A stretch of 64,000 bases of DNA from Clostridia bacterium (lineage in GTDB: Bacteria > Bacillota > Clostridia > Oscillospirales > Acutalibacteraceae). Of this stretch, positions 46,294 to 55,718 are shown piece after piece; within the stretch, counting starts at the first letter, position 1, and each line of letters begins with the position of its first letter. The DNA is taken from the NCBI GenBank assembly GCA_017474205.1, contig JAFVID010000028.1:7647-71646 (forward strand), given 5' to 3'. Under the pieces are notes generated by a model. It was given only the letters and a program-made list of their open reading frames with translations. It was not told the origin of the DNA and did no database searches. The position numbers and the translations under genes are program-made.

Positions 46294-47247
46294 CTAATTT
46301 GCTTTGGTAATCTTGCTTACCAATACTTCGTTTGTTGCAGAATCCAATGAGATTGCAGAAACTACAACCATATAACCATCAATTTTTCTTACATACAAAT
46401 CGTTAACAAACTTTTGTCCCGATGATGTAAATTCACAACTTACTTTTGCATAGGCGTTTCCTGCAATTGTGCGATAACTTGTTTTGCTAACCACACAAGA
46501 TGAGCCAAAACTTCTTGAGTAATTTTGCATCGCAATATCAATATATTCTTCTTCATCTACAAAAGAAAATTGAGGCAATTTTTCAAAAGCAAAATATATG
46601 AAACTGCCCTTTTCTTTTGAAATAAAGTAACCACCGCATTCGGTGTTTTCGTTTTCCGATGCTGTATAAAGGGAACTATCACCATTTTCATAACCTTCGG
46701 GAAGAACAAACTTTATGTCTGCCCATTCGTTTACATATTCCTTACCGTCAAAGGTGCCCTTGGTGTAGGATACTTCTTTTTTATCGGTTGATTCGTACTT
46801 ATTATCTTTGCTTTCATCTGCGTAATCATCTACGTTTCCGATTACTTCACTATTTACACTACCTGTGGCGGTTTCCTCCCTTGCAACACAAGCACCGATT
46901 ACTGCAAGACCTATAATGCCAAAGATTATTGCACCGATTACCAAGGCAATAATTATACCAACAATGCATCCGGTCTTCTTTTTCTTTTTGGGTTGTTGGG
47001 GCATTTGGGGTGCTTGATAGGGTTGTGTGGGTTGGGGATTTTGAGGCGCCACGGGTTGATAAGGTTGGTCGGTGGGCATTTGTTGATACCCGTAGGGCTG
47101 ACCTGCATTGTATTGATTGGGTTGAGGTTGGCCTACATTAACCTGTGGTTGTGCTTCTGCAACAATAAATTCTGAACTTCCGCAGTTATTGCAAAAAGCA
47201 TATTCATTTGGCATAATAGCACCACATTTTTTGCATTGTTTATTCAT
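46294..47247 (-). CDS. zinc-ribbon / Pro-Gln-rich / single-TM protein with extracytoplasmic domain (unknown function)
   Basis: 317 aa with CKKCG...CNNCG at the N-terminus, a QP-rich low-complexity region, a poly-Lys stop-transfer followed by a TM helix, and a ~190-aa C-terminal domain. Confidence 0.6.
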   Translation of the reverse strand: MNKQCKKCGAIMPNEYAFCNNCGSSEFIVAEAQPQVNVGQPQPNQYNAGQPYGYQQMPTDQPYQPVAPQNPQPTQPYQAPQMPQQPKKKKKTGCIVGIIIALVIGAIIFGIIGLAVIGACVAREETATGSVNSEVIGNVDDYADESKDNKYESTDKKEVSYTKGTFDGKEYVNEWADIKFVLPEGYENGDSSLYTASENENTECGGYFISKEKGSFIYFAFEKLPQFSFVDEEEYIDIAMQNYSRSFGSSCVVSKTSYRTIAGNAYAKVSCEFTSSGQKFVNDLYVRKIDGYMVVVSAISLDSATNEVLVSKITKAN

Positions 47248-47358
47248 TTTTTCTCCTCCAGTTTATTCTTTTTAGAATAAACCTATTATATCATTCGAGA
47301 AAAATATGTCAAGAAAAAATATATGCCGACAGCATAAAATTAAAACTTGCAAAACAGC

Positions 47359-47393
47359 AAAAAAATCCGCTCTCATTTGAGGGCGGATTTTGT
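47359..47393. terminator. terminator downstream of the SDR gene
   Basis: AATCCGC...GCGGATT stem (47364-47370 / 47383-47389) with A- and T-rich flanks. Confidence 0.65.
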
Positions 47394-47404
47394 CTTTTAT
47401 TCTA

Positions 47405-48205
47405 TTACGGACGAAGTCCCATACCGCCTTCGAGGGTAAGGGTTTCACCGTTCATATATTTGAAGTCGGGGGATGCGAGTTGCACACAAACGCGACCGAT
47501 TTCGGTTTCGGGGTCGCCGTAATGTCCTGCGGGGGGCATTTTTACGTTTGCCTTAAATGCTTCGGGATATGCCTTTTCAAAGTTTTCGAGTTGGGCAGTC
47601 CAAGCAAGGGGACAAACGACGTTTGTATTGATACCGTCGATAGCCCATTCGGTGGCGGCAACGCGGGAAAGTCCACGAATACCTTCCTTTGCGGCGGCGT
47701 AGGCACATTGTCCGTAGTTACCAAAAAGTCCTGCCCCCGATGCGAAGTTGATAATGCTTCCCTTGGTCTCTTTAAGATAGGGATAACAGGCCTTCATATA
47801 GTAGAAGGTAGCGTAAAGTCCTGAATACATAGCAAGGTCAAATTGCTCGGTGGTGTGGTCTTGAATAGTAACACCCGATGCCGATGCCTGAGCGTTATTG
47901 ATAAGCACGTCTATTCTGCCAAATTCGGCAATGGTTGCTTCTACAACCGATTTTGCGGTGGCTTCGTTATCGTTATTTGCGGAAATATCGGCAGAGAAGA
48001 TAAGCACCTTGATTCCATAATTTTTCTCAAGTTCTTCCTTTGCCTTTTCGAGTTTAGATACGTTTCTTCCTGTAATAACGAGGTTTGCCCCCTCTTTAGC
48101 ATAGGCGGTGGCAATACCGTAACCGATAGAACCACATCTGCCGTCAGATAAGGTTGCAAATCCTGCTCCTGTAATAATAGCGGTTTTTCCTTTTAAAAAT
48201 CCCAT
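47405..48205 (-). CDS. SDR-family oxidoreductase
   Basis: 266 aa with cofactor motif TGAG.....G.IG, an NNAQ block and a catalytic YAAAK. Confidence 0.85.
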   Translation of the reverse strand: MGFLKGKTAIITGAGFATLSDGRCGSIGYGIATAYAKEGANLVITGRNVSKLEKAKEELEKNYGIKVLIFSADISANNDNEATAKSVVEATIAEFGRIDVLINNAQASASGVTIQDHTTEQFDLAMYSGLYATFYYMKACYPYLKETKGSIINFASGAGLFGNYGQCAYAAAKEGIRGLSRVAATEWAIDGINTNVVCPLAWTAQLENFEKAYPEAFKANVKMPPAGHYGDPETEIGRVCVQLASPDFKYMNGETLTLEGGMGLRP

Positions 48206-48224
48206 ATTTTTCTCCTTTTTAATA

Positions 48225-51200
48225 TTAGAATGATGTTATTTTGTTTACTGTATATTGAAGGATGCGAAGGGCATCGTCTGCCTCTACCTTTCCATCATTG
48301 GTTACGTCGGCGGCGGAAAAATCATTTCCGCTGAGGACAATTTTATCCACCGAGTGTTGAAGTGCCAACAATGCATCACCTGCACTGATTTCGCCATCAT
48401 TATTAACGTCGCCCAAGGTATAAGGGTTAGCAATTTGATATTCGGCATCTTCTAACTTTGCAAGGTTGGTAACGTATGCCTTTTGAAGGTCGGTAAGTGC
48501 ATTATATGCCGTTCTTGCCTTCGAAACTGCAATAGCATTTGCTTCGGTTACCTTATCGGGAAGAGCGTTTATAGCATCAACAACGGCCTTTGCGGCGGCT
48601 TTATCGGCGGCTACCTTATCTTCAGCAGAGAGAACGCCTACACTAAATCCGTCGATATAAACGGTACCGCTCTTGCTATCTTCAACCATAATTTCCATAC
48701 GGTTGCAGGTTGCCAAATTGCAGGCATCGGTGGTGTTAAGACCTACCAAATTATCAAGGGCAAAGGTATAGATAGTAAAATCGGAATTTGCCTTCAAAGT
48801 GGCGGAATAGGTTTTGGTAGATTCTGTATCGGAAAGGGGTGCTTTCCAAAGATTTACTCCCGTTTGCGTACCGAAAAGAAGACTTACCTTCTTATCTCTT
48901 GCGTCGGGGTTTTTAATGGCAACCGATATAGTTTTATAGGTTTGGGCGGGGAAGGGCATAAGATAATATCCATAGAAAAGGGTTGCACCTGTAGTGGTGG
49001 CAGCACTTGTTTTGTAGGATACCTTAAGTGAACCTGTTCCCTCATAACGAACGTTATTATCTACGGTAAGGGTGCTTAGGGTCTGACTTGCAACGCCTGC
49101 TTGCCAGGTGGGCTCTTCCTTACCCGATGCACCAATGTTGATATATACGGAGGTATCTTCGCAATACATCCAATCGTTAGAGCAAAAATATCCCGTCATA
49201 TTTCGGTCGCTACGATAGGGTATCGCAGGGACTAAATAGGAGTTGCAAAGATTAGCGGTAATTGAGTGAGAGTTAAAGGCATAGGTGAAATTTTTGGGAT
49301 TTTTCATATCCTCGTGCCAAATTTTCACCATATTTTTAGATGTAATCTCCGCCTTTGCAGGGATAAACATTCCATCCTTTTCGGAGATGGTAAATCCGTG
49401 AACACCAATACTGTTATCGAGGGTGGTAAGACCATCTGCAACACCGTCGAAGGTGATAAAGATAGCACCATTTCTCACCTCATAAGTTTTAACGGTGGGG
49501 GCGTAATAGTTTGCTTCACCATATCCACAGAAGTTGTGGGCGGCGGCAAGACCTGCACGGGTACCACCGGGTTTTTTGGTGTTGGGGTGGATGGGAAATG
49601 CAATAGAGGGATCGGGGGGATTAGAATAGGTATAACCCACGTCGTAGAGGGGGATGTTTATGATGTGGGGACTTTCTTTACAAGCATCGGAAATCTCCTC
49701 TATCCATTTGGGGATACATTGTGCATCGTGATGATAGGGTTGGTTGGCAATATTTATAACAATGGTGGGCATTTTCCCATCGGCAAAACCGAATTTTTTA
49801 CCGTATCCTTTAGAAAGTGCCTGAATTGCCTCTTTGTAATATCCGAGTTCGTTGGGTTTTCTGTCAACGTTAGATTCACCTTGACACCAGAAGATACCGC
49901 CAATGTTAAGACCTTCCATAGGTGCAATCTTGGTGTTATACATAGCGGACATATCGGTAAATACCGCGGTCTTGGTGGATGCCTCATTTTCGGTGATATA
50001 AAGTCCGTTAAGTTCAAGACAAGATTTTACCATTTCGTTTCCGTCAATTATCTCGCGGGATAACCAGGTTTGGATATTGGTAGAACCGAGGGCGGCGTTA
50101 ATAATACCAACAGGAACGTTAAGTTTTTCACGCATTACCTTGGCGGCATAATATCCGTTGGATGATACCCCAGCAATATTTGCACCTTTAGAGGCATCTA
50201 ACCAGTTAGCACCGTCAATATCGTAACGGGCAGGTTCAACGGGAATACCACTGCTACCAATGGGGTCTCCTACCATATAGAGTATTCTCATATAGGTATC
50301 GTTTGCATTTGCCATTTCTTCGGCACCGCCTATTTCCCAATCCAAACGATATTCCATATTGGACTGACCTGCGGCAAGCCAAAGTTCACCAACAAGAACG
50401 TTGGTAATGGTTTTCATAATAGTTCCGTTTTCTTTAATTTGGATGCTATATACGGTGTAGTCGCCCTTTCTGGCGGGTAAGGCAATCACCCATTCGCCTG
50501 CCTTGTTAACGGTGGCGGATGCGGTATCTACAAGGGTAGAACCTGCATAAAGTTCAGCCGATACAACCTTACCGCTGGTAGACATACCAAACAATTTCAT
50601 ATCCTTATTTTGTTGGAAAAGCATATTGTGGGTAAAGAAGTTGGGCATAGAAAATCCTTGCTCAACACCCGCTGCATATTTATCGTAAAGGGCCTTCTTT
50701 TGAAGATATACAGAATAGTTAGCAGGCATAAAGTTCACATACATTCCTCTACCATTGGCAATCATTCCCTCAATAGTGGCAAATTTACCTGCCAATGATT
50801 CATAGTTTGATACCGTAACGTTGGGAAGTGCAGAAATAAGTTCTGCAACGTCAACTTCGGCAACTAAACGGGTATCGTAATAATCTTTACTGCAAAGGAA
50901 GATACTGTCGATATTCATATCGGTTTCTTTGTATGCTCCGGTGTAGTTAAGAAGGATAAAACGAAGACGGTTAATGTTGTTTCCAATACCGGGATAGGTG
51001 GCATAATATGTACTTAAATCTTGACTCAAACGATTCCAGTTTCCGTTCATAGCAATAGGACTGTCATAGTCATATCCCGTACCGTCAACGCTAATGGCTG
51101 TATCAATGAGGTGCAACTGAAGATTGTAACTGCCCGAGTGTGCAACGTCGGATTTATACATTACTTCTATATATTTGTATTTAGAAATGTCGATATATGA

Positions 51201-52247
51201 GTGATTAATGTCGAAATAATATCCGTAAGGATTAAGAAAGTTTGCATTGGATGAAGGCATATCTATTTTCAAACTGCCTGTGCCTTCGTATCTTGTGGCG
51301 TTGTCGATTGCCTTGGTTGAATTTCCACCTAAAGCCAAATCTGTGGTGGCGTTAAAATCGGCGGTGGAATCGAATCCGTTAAACAAAACACTGGCGCCCA
51401 ATCTTCCTGCCAAAAGTTGATTGTATGCATCCTTCTTTTGAAGAAATGCACCGTAGTTAGCAATAACGAAGTTATAGTATGATGCCACACCCGAAGTTGC
51501 TTGTTGTTCAATGGTGCTAATAGATGCACCGACGGTGGAAAGATTATCTATGGTGGGGGTAGGAAGGTTGTTGATACTTGTTTCAATATTGTTGATTAAA
51601 GTATCTCTTTCGTTTTTGTAGGTGCTATCGCAAAGGACAATACCGTCGAAGTTAATATCCATTTCCATATAACTTCCGGTATAGTTTAGAAGCACCAAAC
51701 GAATACGGTTAAATCTACCCTTCATCCCTGCTAAGGTTTCAAAGGGGGTGCTAAGGTCGATGGTGGCTTTGCCCCATCTGCCTGCAACCATATCCACAGC
51801 AACCTGATAATCATAACCGCTACCGTCAACGCTTACCGAGGTATCAATAAGACGTGCCTGTAAAACGAAGGTACCGCTGAGGGTTGCTTTACTGCAGTAA
51901 TATATTTCTAAAAAGTTGTAGTCGGAAAGATTATGATAAGAAGTTCCGTCAATATCGGTATAAAATGCGTAAGGATTTATAAATCCTGCATTGGTGGCAG
52001 GCATATCTATTTTCAAACTTCCCACACCTTCGGACATACTTGTAGTATCCAAAGATTTAGTGGCACTGCCCGCAAGAGATATAGCACCCACACGGTTTAC
52101 GTCGTCAGCCGAGTTAAAACCGTTAAACATAACGGCTTTCCCGGATGTTACTGCACTTGCGGTGGAAGCCATACCAAAACCAAAACTGCCAATCACCATC
52201 AAAATACAGAGTAAAACGCAAAGTGAAATGAAAATAATCCTTTTCAT
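48225..52247 (-). CDS. 1340-aa secreted SASA-type (sialate O-acetylesterase-like) carbohydrate esterase with three unassigned modules, helical linker domains and C-terminal dockerin
   Basis: It has a signal peptide. Two tandem paralogous modules lie at aa ~38-206 and ~286-452. GQSNM (nt 50355-50369) and WCQGESN blocks are typical of the SASA/DUF303 esterase family. A third module lies at aa ~1040-1206. AINALP...AYNAL three-helix-type linkers are present, and the dockerin is at 48228-48416. Confidence 0.85.
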   Translation of the reverse strand: MKRIIFISLCVLLCILMVIGSFGFGMASTASAVTSGKAVMFNGFNSADDVNRVGAISLAGSATKSLDTTSMSEGVGSLKIDMPATNAGFINPYAFYTDIDGTSYHNLSDYNFLEIYYCSKATLSGTFVLQARLIDTSVSVDGSGYDYQVAVDMVAGRWGKATIDLSTPFETLAGMKGRFNRIRLVLLNYTGSYMEMDINFDGIVLCDSTYKNERDTLINNIETSINNLPTPTIDNLSTVGASISTIEQQATSGVASYYNFVIANYGAFLQKKDAYNQLLAGRLGASVLFNGFDSTADFNATTDLALGGNSTKAIDNATRYEGTGSLKIDMPSSNANFLNPYGYYFDINHSYIDISKYKYIEVMYKSDVAHSGSYNLQLHLIDTAISVDGTGYDYDSPIAMNGNWNRLSQDLSTYYATYPGIGNNINRLRFILLNYTGAYKETDMNIDSIFLCSKDYYDTRLVAEVDVAELISALPNVTVSNYESLAGKFATIEGMIANGRGMYVNFMPANYSVYLQKKALYDKYAAGVEQGFSMPNFFTHNMLFQQNKDMKLFGMSTSGKVVSAELYAGSTLVDTASATVNKAGEWVIALPARKGDYTVYSIQIKENGTIMKTITNVLVGELWLAAGQSNMEYRLDWEIGGAEEMANANDTYMRILYMVGDPIGSSGIPVEPARYDIDGANWLDASKGANIAGVSSNGYYAAKVMREKLNVPVGIINAALGSTNIQTWLSREIIDGNEMVKSCLELNGLYITENEASTKTAVFTDMSAMYNTKIAPMEGLNIGGIFWCQGESNVDRKPNELGYYKEAIQALSKGYGKKFGFADGKMPTIVINIANQPYHHDAQCIPKWIEEISDACKESPHIINIPLYDVGYTYSNPPDPSIAFPIHPNTKKPGGTRAGLAAAHNFCGYGEANYYAPTVKTYEVRNGAIFITFDGVADGLTTLDNSIGVHGFTISEKDGMFIPAKAEITSKNMVKIWHEDMKNPKNFTYAFNSHSITANLCNSYLVPAIPYRSDRNMTGYFCSNDWMYCEDTSVYINIGASGKEEPTWQAGVASQTLSTLTVDNNVRYEGTGSLKVSYKTSAATTTGATLFYGYYLMPFPAQTYKTISVAIKNPDARDKKVSLLFGTQTGVNLWKAPLSDTESTKTYSATLKANSDFTIYTFALDNLVGLNTTDACNLATCNRMEIMVEDSKSGTVYIDGFSVGVLSAEDKVAADKAAAKAVVDAINALPDKVTEANAIAVSKARTAYNALTDLQKAYVTNLAKLEDAEYQIANPYTLGDVNNDGEISAGDALLALQHSVDKIVLSGNDFSAADVTNDGKVEADDALRILQYTVNKITSF
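48228..48416 (-). other. dockerin module
   Basis: LGDVNNDGEISAGDALLALQHSVDK...ADVTNDGKVEADDALRILQYTVNK. Confidence 0.8.
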
Positions 52248-52396
52248 AATCGCACCTCACAAAAAATAAATTCCGCCATATTAAGTTATTTCAATAATAA
52301 AATATTTTACCTTTTTTGTCAATAATAAAGTAACGAACAAACCGCCGAGAAGTTGACTTCTCGACGGCTTATATTATTATAAAAATTTAAGATTTA

Positions 52397-53305
52397 TTAA
52401 AGTTCCCATTCGGCAAGCCAAGCGGAAAATTCTGAATAGATAGTTTCCATTTCTTTTTCGAAATTTTCTTTATCATTCATAATATATTGCTGTCTACCAT
52501 CTTTGAAAGCGTCGGCATATTCGGTAGTGGTGGTGTATTCGCCATTCTTAAGGGCGGTGTATGCCTTTTTAGAAAGTGCTTCCGCCTTTTGTATGTTCAA
52601 AATAAGGTCGTTAAATTCGGTGGCGTTAACCTGTTTTATGGTGTTAATCATTTTTTCAAAATATCCATCCACAAAACCGTAATTAAATTGAGCACCATCT
52701 TTTTCTATAAAATTCAAGGCATCGTCGGGATAAAGATAGTCCTTACCTGCGTCAAATTCGGCGGTATAGGTGGGCCAAGAGCAAAGGAAATTGACGTATT
52801 CGTACATATTGTAAACGTCAGATACTACATTGGTAGATGCAAGTTGTTGCCAAAGTTTCAGCTTTTCACTCATTTCACTGGTATCTACCTCGGTATAGGT
52901 TGCATCCTTTATGCGATAGGAATATTCGTAACCATATTCATCGGTATAATCACCAAACTCAAGGGTTCCAACAACCTTAATCGCCCTGTCGGTAAACTTA
53001 AAACTATCGCCATCCTTGGCATAAATAGCCATTGTGTTGGAAAGTTCTTTTGTGTTGGGAACACAGAAAGGACAACTTTGATAGGGCAAATTCATAAGAT
53101 ACATAAAATTCCCCGAAATTGGAGAAAGTGTAGACATATATCCAATAATGTTTACCGTTTGACCGTCAAGTTTTTTCATATCTTCAACACTGTTTGCCTT
53201 TGAAAAACTCAAGGTGTTGCTAATGGTTTTCTCATCATTTCCACAGGCGGAAAACGTCGTTAAAACAAATGCTAAACAAAGAACAATAATTAAAAATTTT
53301 CTCAT
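52397..53305 (-). CDS. lipoprotein, N-terminal DUF3299-like domain (ABC-associated)
   Basis: 302 aa with lipobox LTTFSAC and block GQTVNIIGYMSTLSPISGNFMYLMNLPYQSCPFCVPN. The start overlaps the permease stop (ATGA). Confidence 0.65.
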   Translation of the reverse strand: MRKFLIIVLCLAFVLTTFSACGNDEKTISNTLSFSKANSVEDMKKLDGQTVNIIGYMSTLSPISGNFMYLMNLPYQSCPFCVPNTKELSNTMAIYAKDGDSFKFTDRAIKVVGTLEFGDYTDEYGYEYSYRIKDATYTEVDTSEMSEKLKLWQQLASTNVVSDVYNMYEYVNFLCSWPTYTAEFDAGKDYLYPDDALNFIEKDGAQFNYGFVDGYFEKMINTIKQVNATEFNDLILNIQKAEALSKKAYTALKNGEYTTTTEYADAFKDGRQQYIMNDKENFEKEMETIYSEFSAWLAEWEL

Positions 53306-54594
53306 TCGTTTATACCATCCTTTTTAGACATATTAAGGGTGCAAATTATTGTGGGAAGTACACTAATTACAAAAACCACTGCCATAATTGCAATCTCAAG
53401 GGGATAAATTTTTGCCACATCCAAAACAATGCCCATTGATGCAACGTATCCACCCATAAGCATAAGACAAATTCTTGAAAACACAAAGGCAAGTATGGTG
53501 GATATAAATCCGATTATACTGTTTTGAATAATATAAACAAGGTTGATTTTATTCATACCGATACCAATGAGTCGCATAAGTGCAATTTCTTTTTTGGAAT
53601 CGTACATATTGAGCAACGTGATAACCGAAATAATAAAGATATTCATTATGAGAATAATAAGACAAAGAATGTAAACAATTTGGGTGCTCATATCAACGTT
53701 TTCAAGCACCTCGCGAAGCACTTCGGATGGATTGATAACCAAAAGTTTTGAGTTTTCGCCATATTCTGCAGACAGTTGACTGTAAGCGTTAAAACTCTTG
53801 CTCTTCACAAGGATAGCACAAACCTCGCCGTGGTCACCGTGGGTTTCTTCCCCTTCCCCGTGATCAGCATCTTCGCTTTCGTGATCGTGATTATCGGATT
53901 CTTCGTGATGCTCATCTTCGGTGTGTCCGCTCTTTGTGTTTTCATCCTCGTGGGTAGTATCTTCTTCGTGAGACTCTTCATCCTCTCCCCCGTGGTCGTG
54001 GGTTGCCCACACGGTTTCGCAGGGAGTAAAAATAACGTTATCGTATGCTGTTTTTGTTTTAGAAAGAATACCTACAACCGTTAAGGGATTCCCCTCGTGA
54101 GCGTGTCCTCCTGCGGTAAGTCCGTGGGATGTAACAAGGGTCGAGCCGATATCGAGTCCATACTTTTCAGCCACAGCCGAGCCGATTACACACTCAAATT
54201 TTTCTTTGTAAAGACATCCCTTTTTAACCGATTTCCCCTCAAGAAAATCGGGGCTTGTACCAACGATTTTTGCACCGTTGTAGGAATCCCCCATGGTAAA
54301 GGGCACTACCTTGTTTACCCTTGTATCCTTTTGCAAATTTTCAACGTATTCGTAGGATATTGTACCAAGGGGTTTTTCGGTAAAGAACATTGTATTCATT
54401 GCAAGTTGTGTTGATGAGCCCGAAGGACCGATTATCATATCGTAATATGCGGCGGTGGATTTAAATCCGCTATCGACCTGCTCGGAAATGTTGTATGCAA
54501 GAATACCAACGCAGGCAGAAATAACAATGGATATTATAATAAGTATTATCTTGGCTTTTTTAATCGCCATATTTTTAAGTGCAAACTTAAACAT
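53302..54594 (-). CDS. FtsX/MacB-type ABC transporter permease with His/Asp/Glu-rich extracytoplasmic insert
   Basis: 430 aa. TM1 is followed by a ~270-aa extracytoplasmic domain and three C-terminal TM helices (FtsX topology). The insert is at aa ~198-256. Confidence 0.85.
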   Translation of the reverse strand: MFKFALKNMAIKKAKIILIIISIVISACVGILAYNISEQVDSGFKSTAAYYDMIIGPSGSSTQLAMNTMFFTEKPLGTISYEYVENLQKDTRVNKVVPFTMGDSYNGAKIVGTSPDFLEGKSVKKGCLYKEKFECVIGSAVAEKYGLDIGSTLVTSHGLTAGGHAHEGNPLTVVGILSKTKTAYDNVIFTPCETVWATHDHGGEDEESHEEDTTHEDENTKSGHTEDEHHEESDNHDHESEDADHGEGEETHGDHGEVCAILVKSKSFNAYSQLSAEYGENSKLLVINPSEVLREVLENVDMSTQIVYILCLIILIMNIFIISVITLLNMYDSKKEIALMRLIGIGMNKINLVYIIQNSIIGFISTILAFVFSRICLMLMGGYVASMGIVLDVAKIYPLEIAIMAVVFVISVLPTIICTLNMSKKDGINE

Positions 54595-55228
54595 CTCTTC
54601 TACCCCCCGTTACCTCATTCATATCAATAATATGATCAAAATATTTACCCAATCTTTCGTCGTGGGTAACGGCAATAAGGGTCTTGCCCTTGGATACTTC
54701 AATGAGTTGTTTTATAACCGCCTCGCCAATGGAGAAGTTAAGATTTCCCGTGGGCTCGTCGGCAAGAATAATTTCGGGCTTTTTAACAATGGCTCTTGCA
54801 ATAGCAACCCTTTGTTTTTCGCCACCTGATAGATGCTTAACCTTTTTATTCTTTTTATCTAAAATTTCCAAGGAGTCAAGCACGTTATCCACGTCGGATA
54901 TATCTACCTTTTCAAGGCGAAGAATACCGATATTATCCATAACGGTCATTTCGGGAATGAGTTTGAAATCTTGAAAAATATATCCAATCTTTTGAATTCT
55001 AAATTTATCCTTTTCTTTTTGACTCTTTTTAGACATATCCTCACCGGCAATTTCAATACTGCCGGTTTCGGGAGAAAGAATTCCTGCAATCATATTAAGA
55101 AGGGTGGATTTTCCGCAACCCGATGCCCCTAAAAGCATATAACTTTTACCCTTTTCAAAGGTAATATCACTATAATCTATTGCCGTTTCGTTGGCAAAAT
55201 GTTTTGAAACGTTTTTTACGTTTATCAT
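54587..55228 (-). CDS. ABC transporter ATP-binding protein (LolD/MacB-type)
   Basis: 213 aa with Walker A GASGCGKST, signature LSGGEKQR and Walker B ILADEPTGNL. Confidence 0.9.
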   Translation of the reverse strand: MINVKNVSKHFANETAIDYSDITFEKGKSYMLLGASGCGKSTLLNMIAGILSPETGSIEIAGEDMSKKSQKEKDKFRIQKIGYIFQDFKLIPEMTVMDNIGILRLEKVDISDVDNVLDSLEILDKKNKKVKHLSGGEKQRVAIARAIVKKPEIILADEPTGNLNFSIGEAVIKQLIEVSKGKTLIAVTHDERLGKYFDHIIDMNEVTGGRRDV

Positions 55229-55363
55229 AATACTCTCACCTCAATTATATATTTAAACTAAAAAAACAAACTCTAAAAAAGCATAACAAGACAAAAACTG
55301 TCATCAAAAAATGATACAGTTTGCCTTTATTTTGCCTTAAGGGTTTGTTTTAAATAAAGAATA

Positions 55364-55651
55364 TTAAATTGAGAGTTTAATCTTGTTTACAACTAAATTT
55401 ACACTTTGTTTTTTTCGAGGGCAATACAAATTCACATTTGAAAACAGGATAAAAACAACCGTTTCAAGTGATAAACAAATAAAACCTAAAAGAAAAATTC
55501 GATAAAGTTTTTGGAGATATGAATTAGCATGACAAAATTGACAATCTTCACCTATACACTGGTGAAAATGGCCACAAATTGCAGAGCCAATAGCGAAAAG
55601 AACACTTATGCAAAGCAAAAACACAAGCACACGACCTAAAGTTCTTTTCAT
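55364..55651 (-). CDS. Cys/His-rich small membrane protein
   Basis: 95 aa from MKRTLGRV (GGGGTG RBS). It has TM1, then CGHFHQCIGEDCQFCH, then TM2. A further Cys (C79) precedes a basic C-terminal tail (...YCPRKKQSVNLVVNKIKLSI). Confidence 0.55.
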   Translation of the reverse strand: MKRTLGRVLVFLLCISVLFAIGSAICGHFHQCIGEDCQFCHANSYLQKLYRIFLLGFICLSLETVVFILFSNVNLYCPRKKQSVNLVVNKIKLSI

Positions 55652-55718
55652 AATTTCACCCCACAAAAACAAAATAATACATCAATATAATAATAAAATA
55701 TTTTCCCCCTTTTGTCAA

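Noticed and set aside
49266-50063. 265-aa plus-strand ORF (and 48483..49031, 182 aa)
   Set aside because: It is antisense to the 1340-aa esterase gene, which carries the GQSNM/GESN motifs and a dockerin. There is no independent support.
52487-53203. 238-aa plus-strand ORF
   Set aside because: It is antisense to the ABC-associated lipoprotein gene, which is translationally coupled to the permease. It is a shadow ORF.
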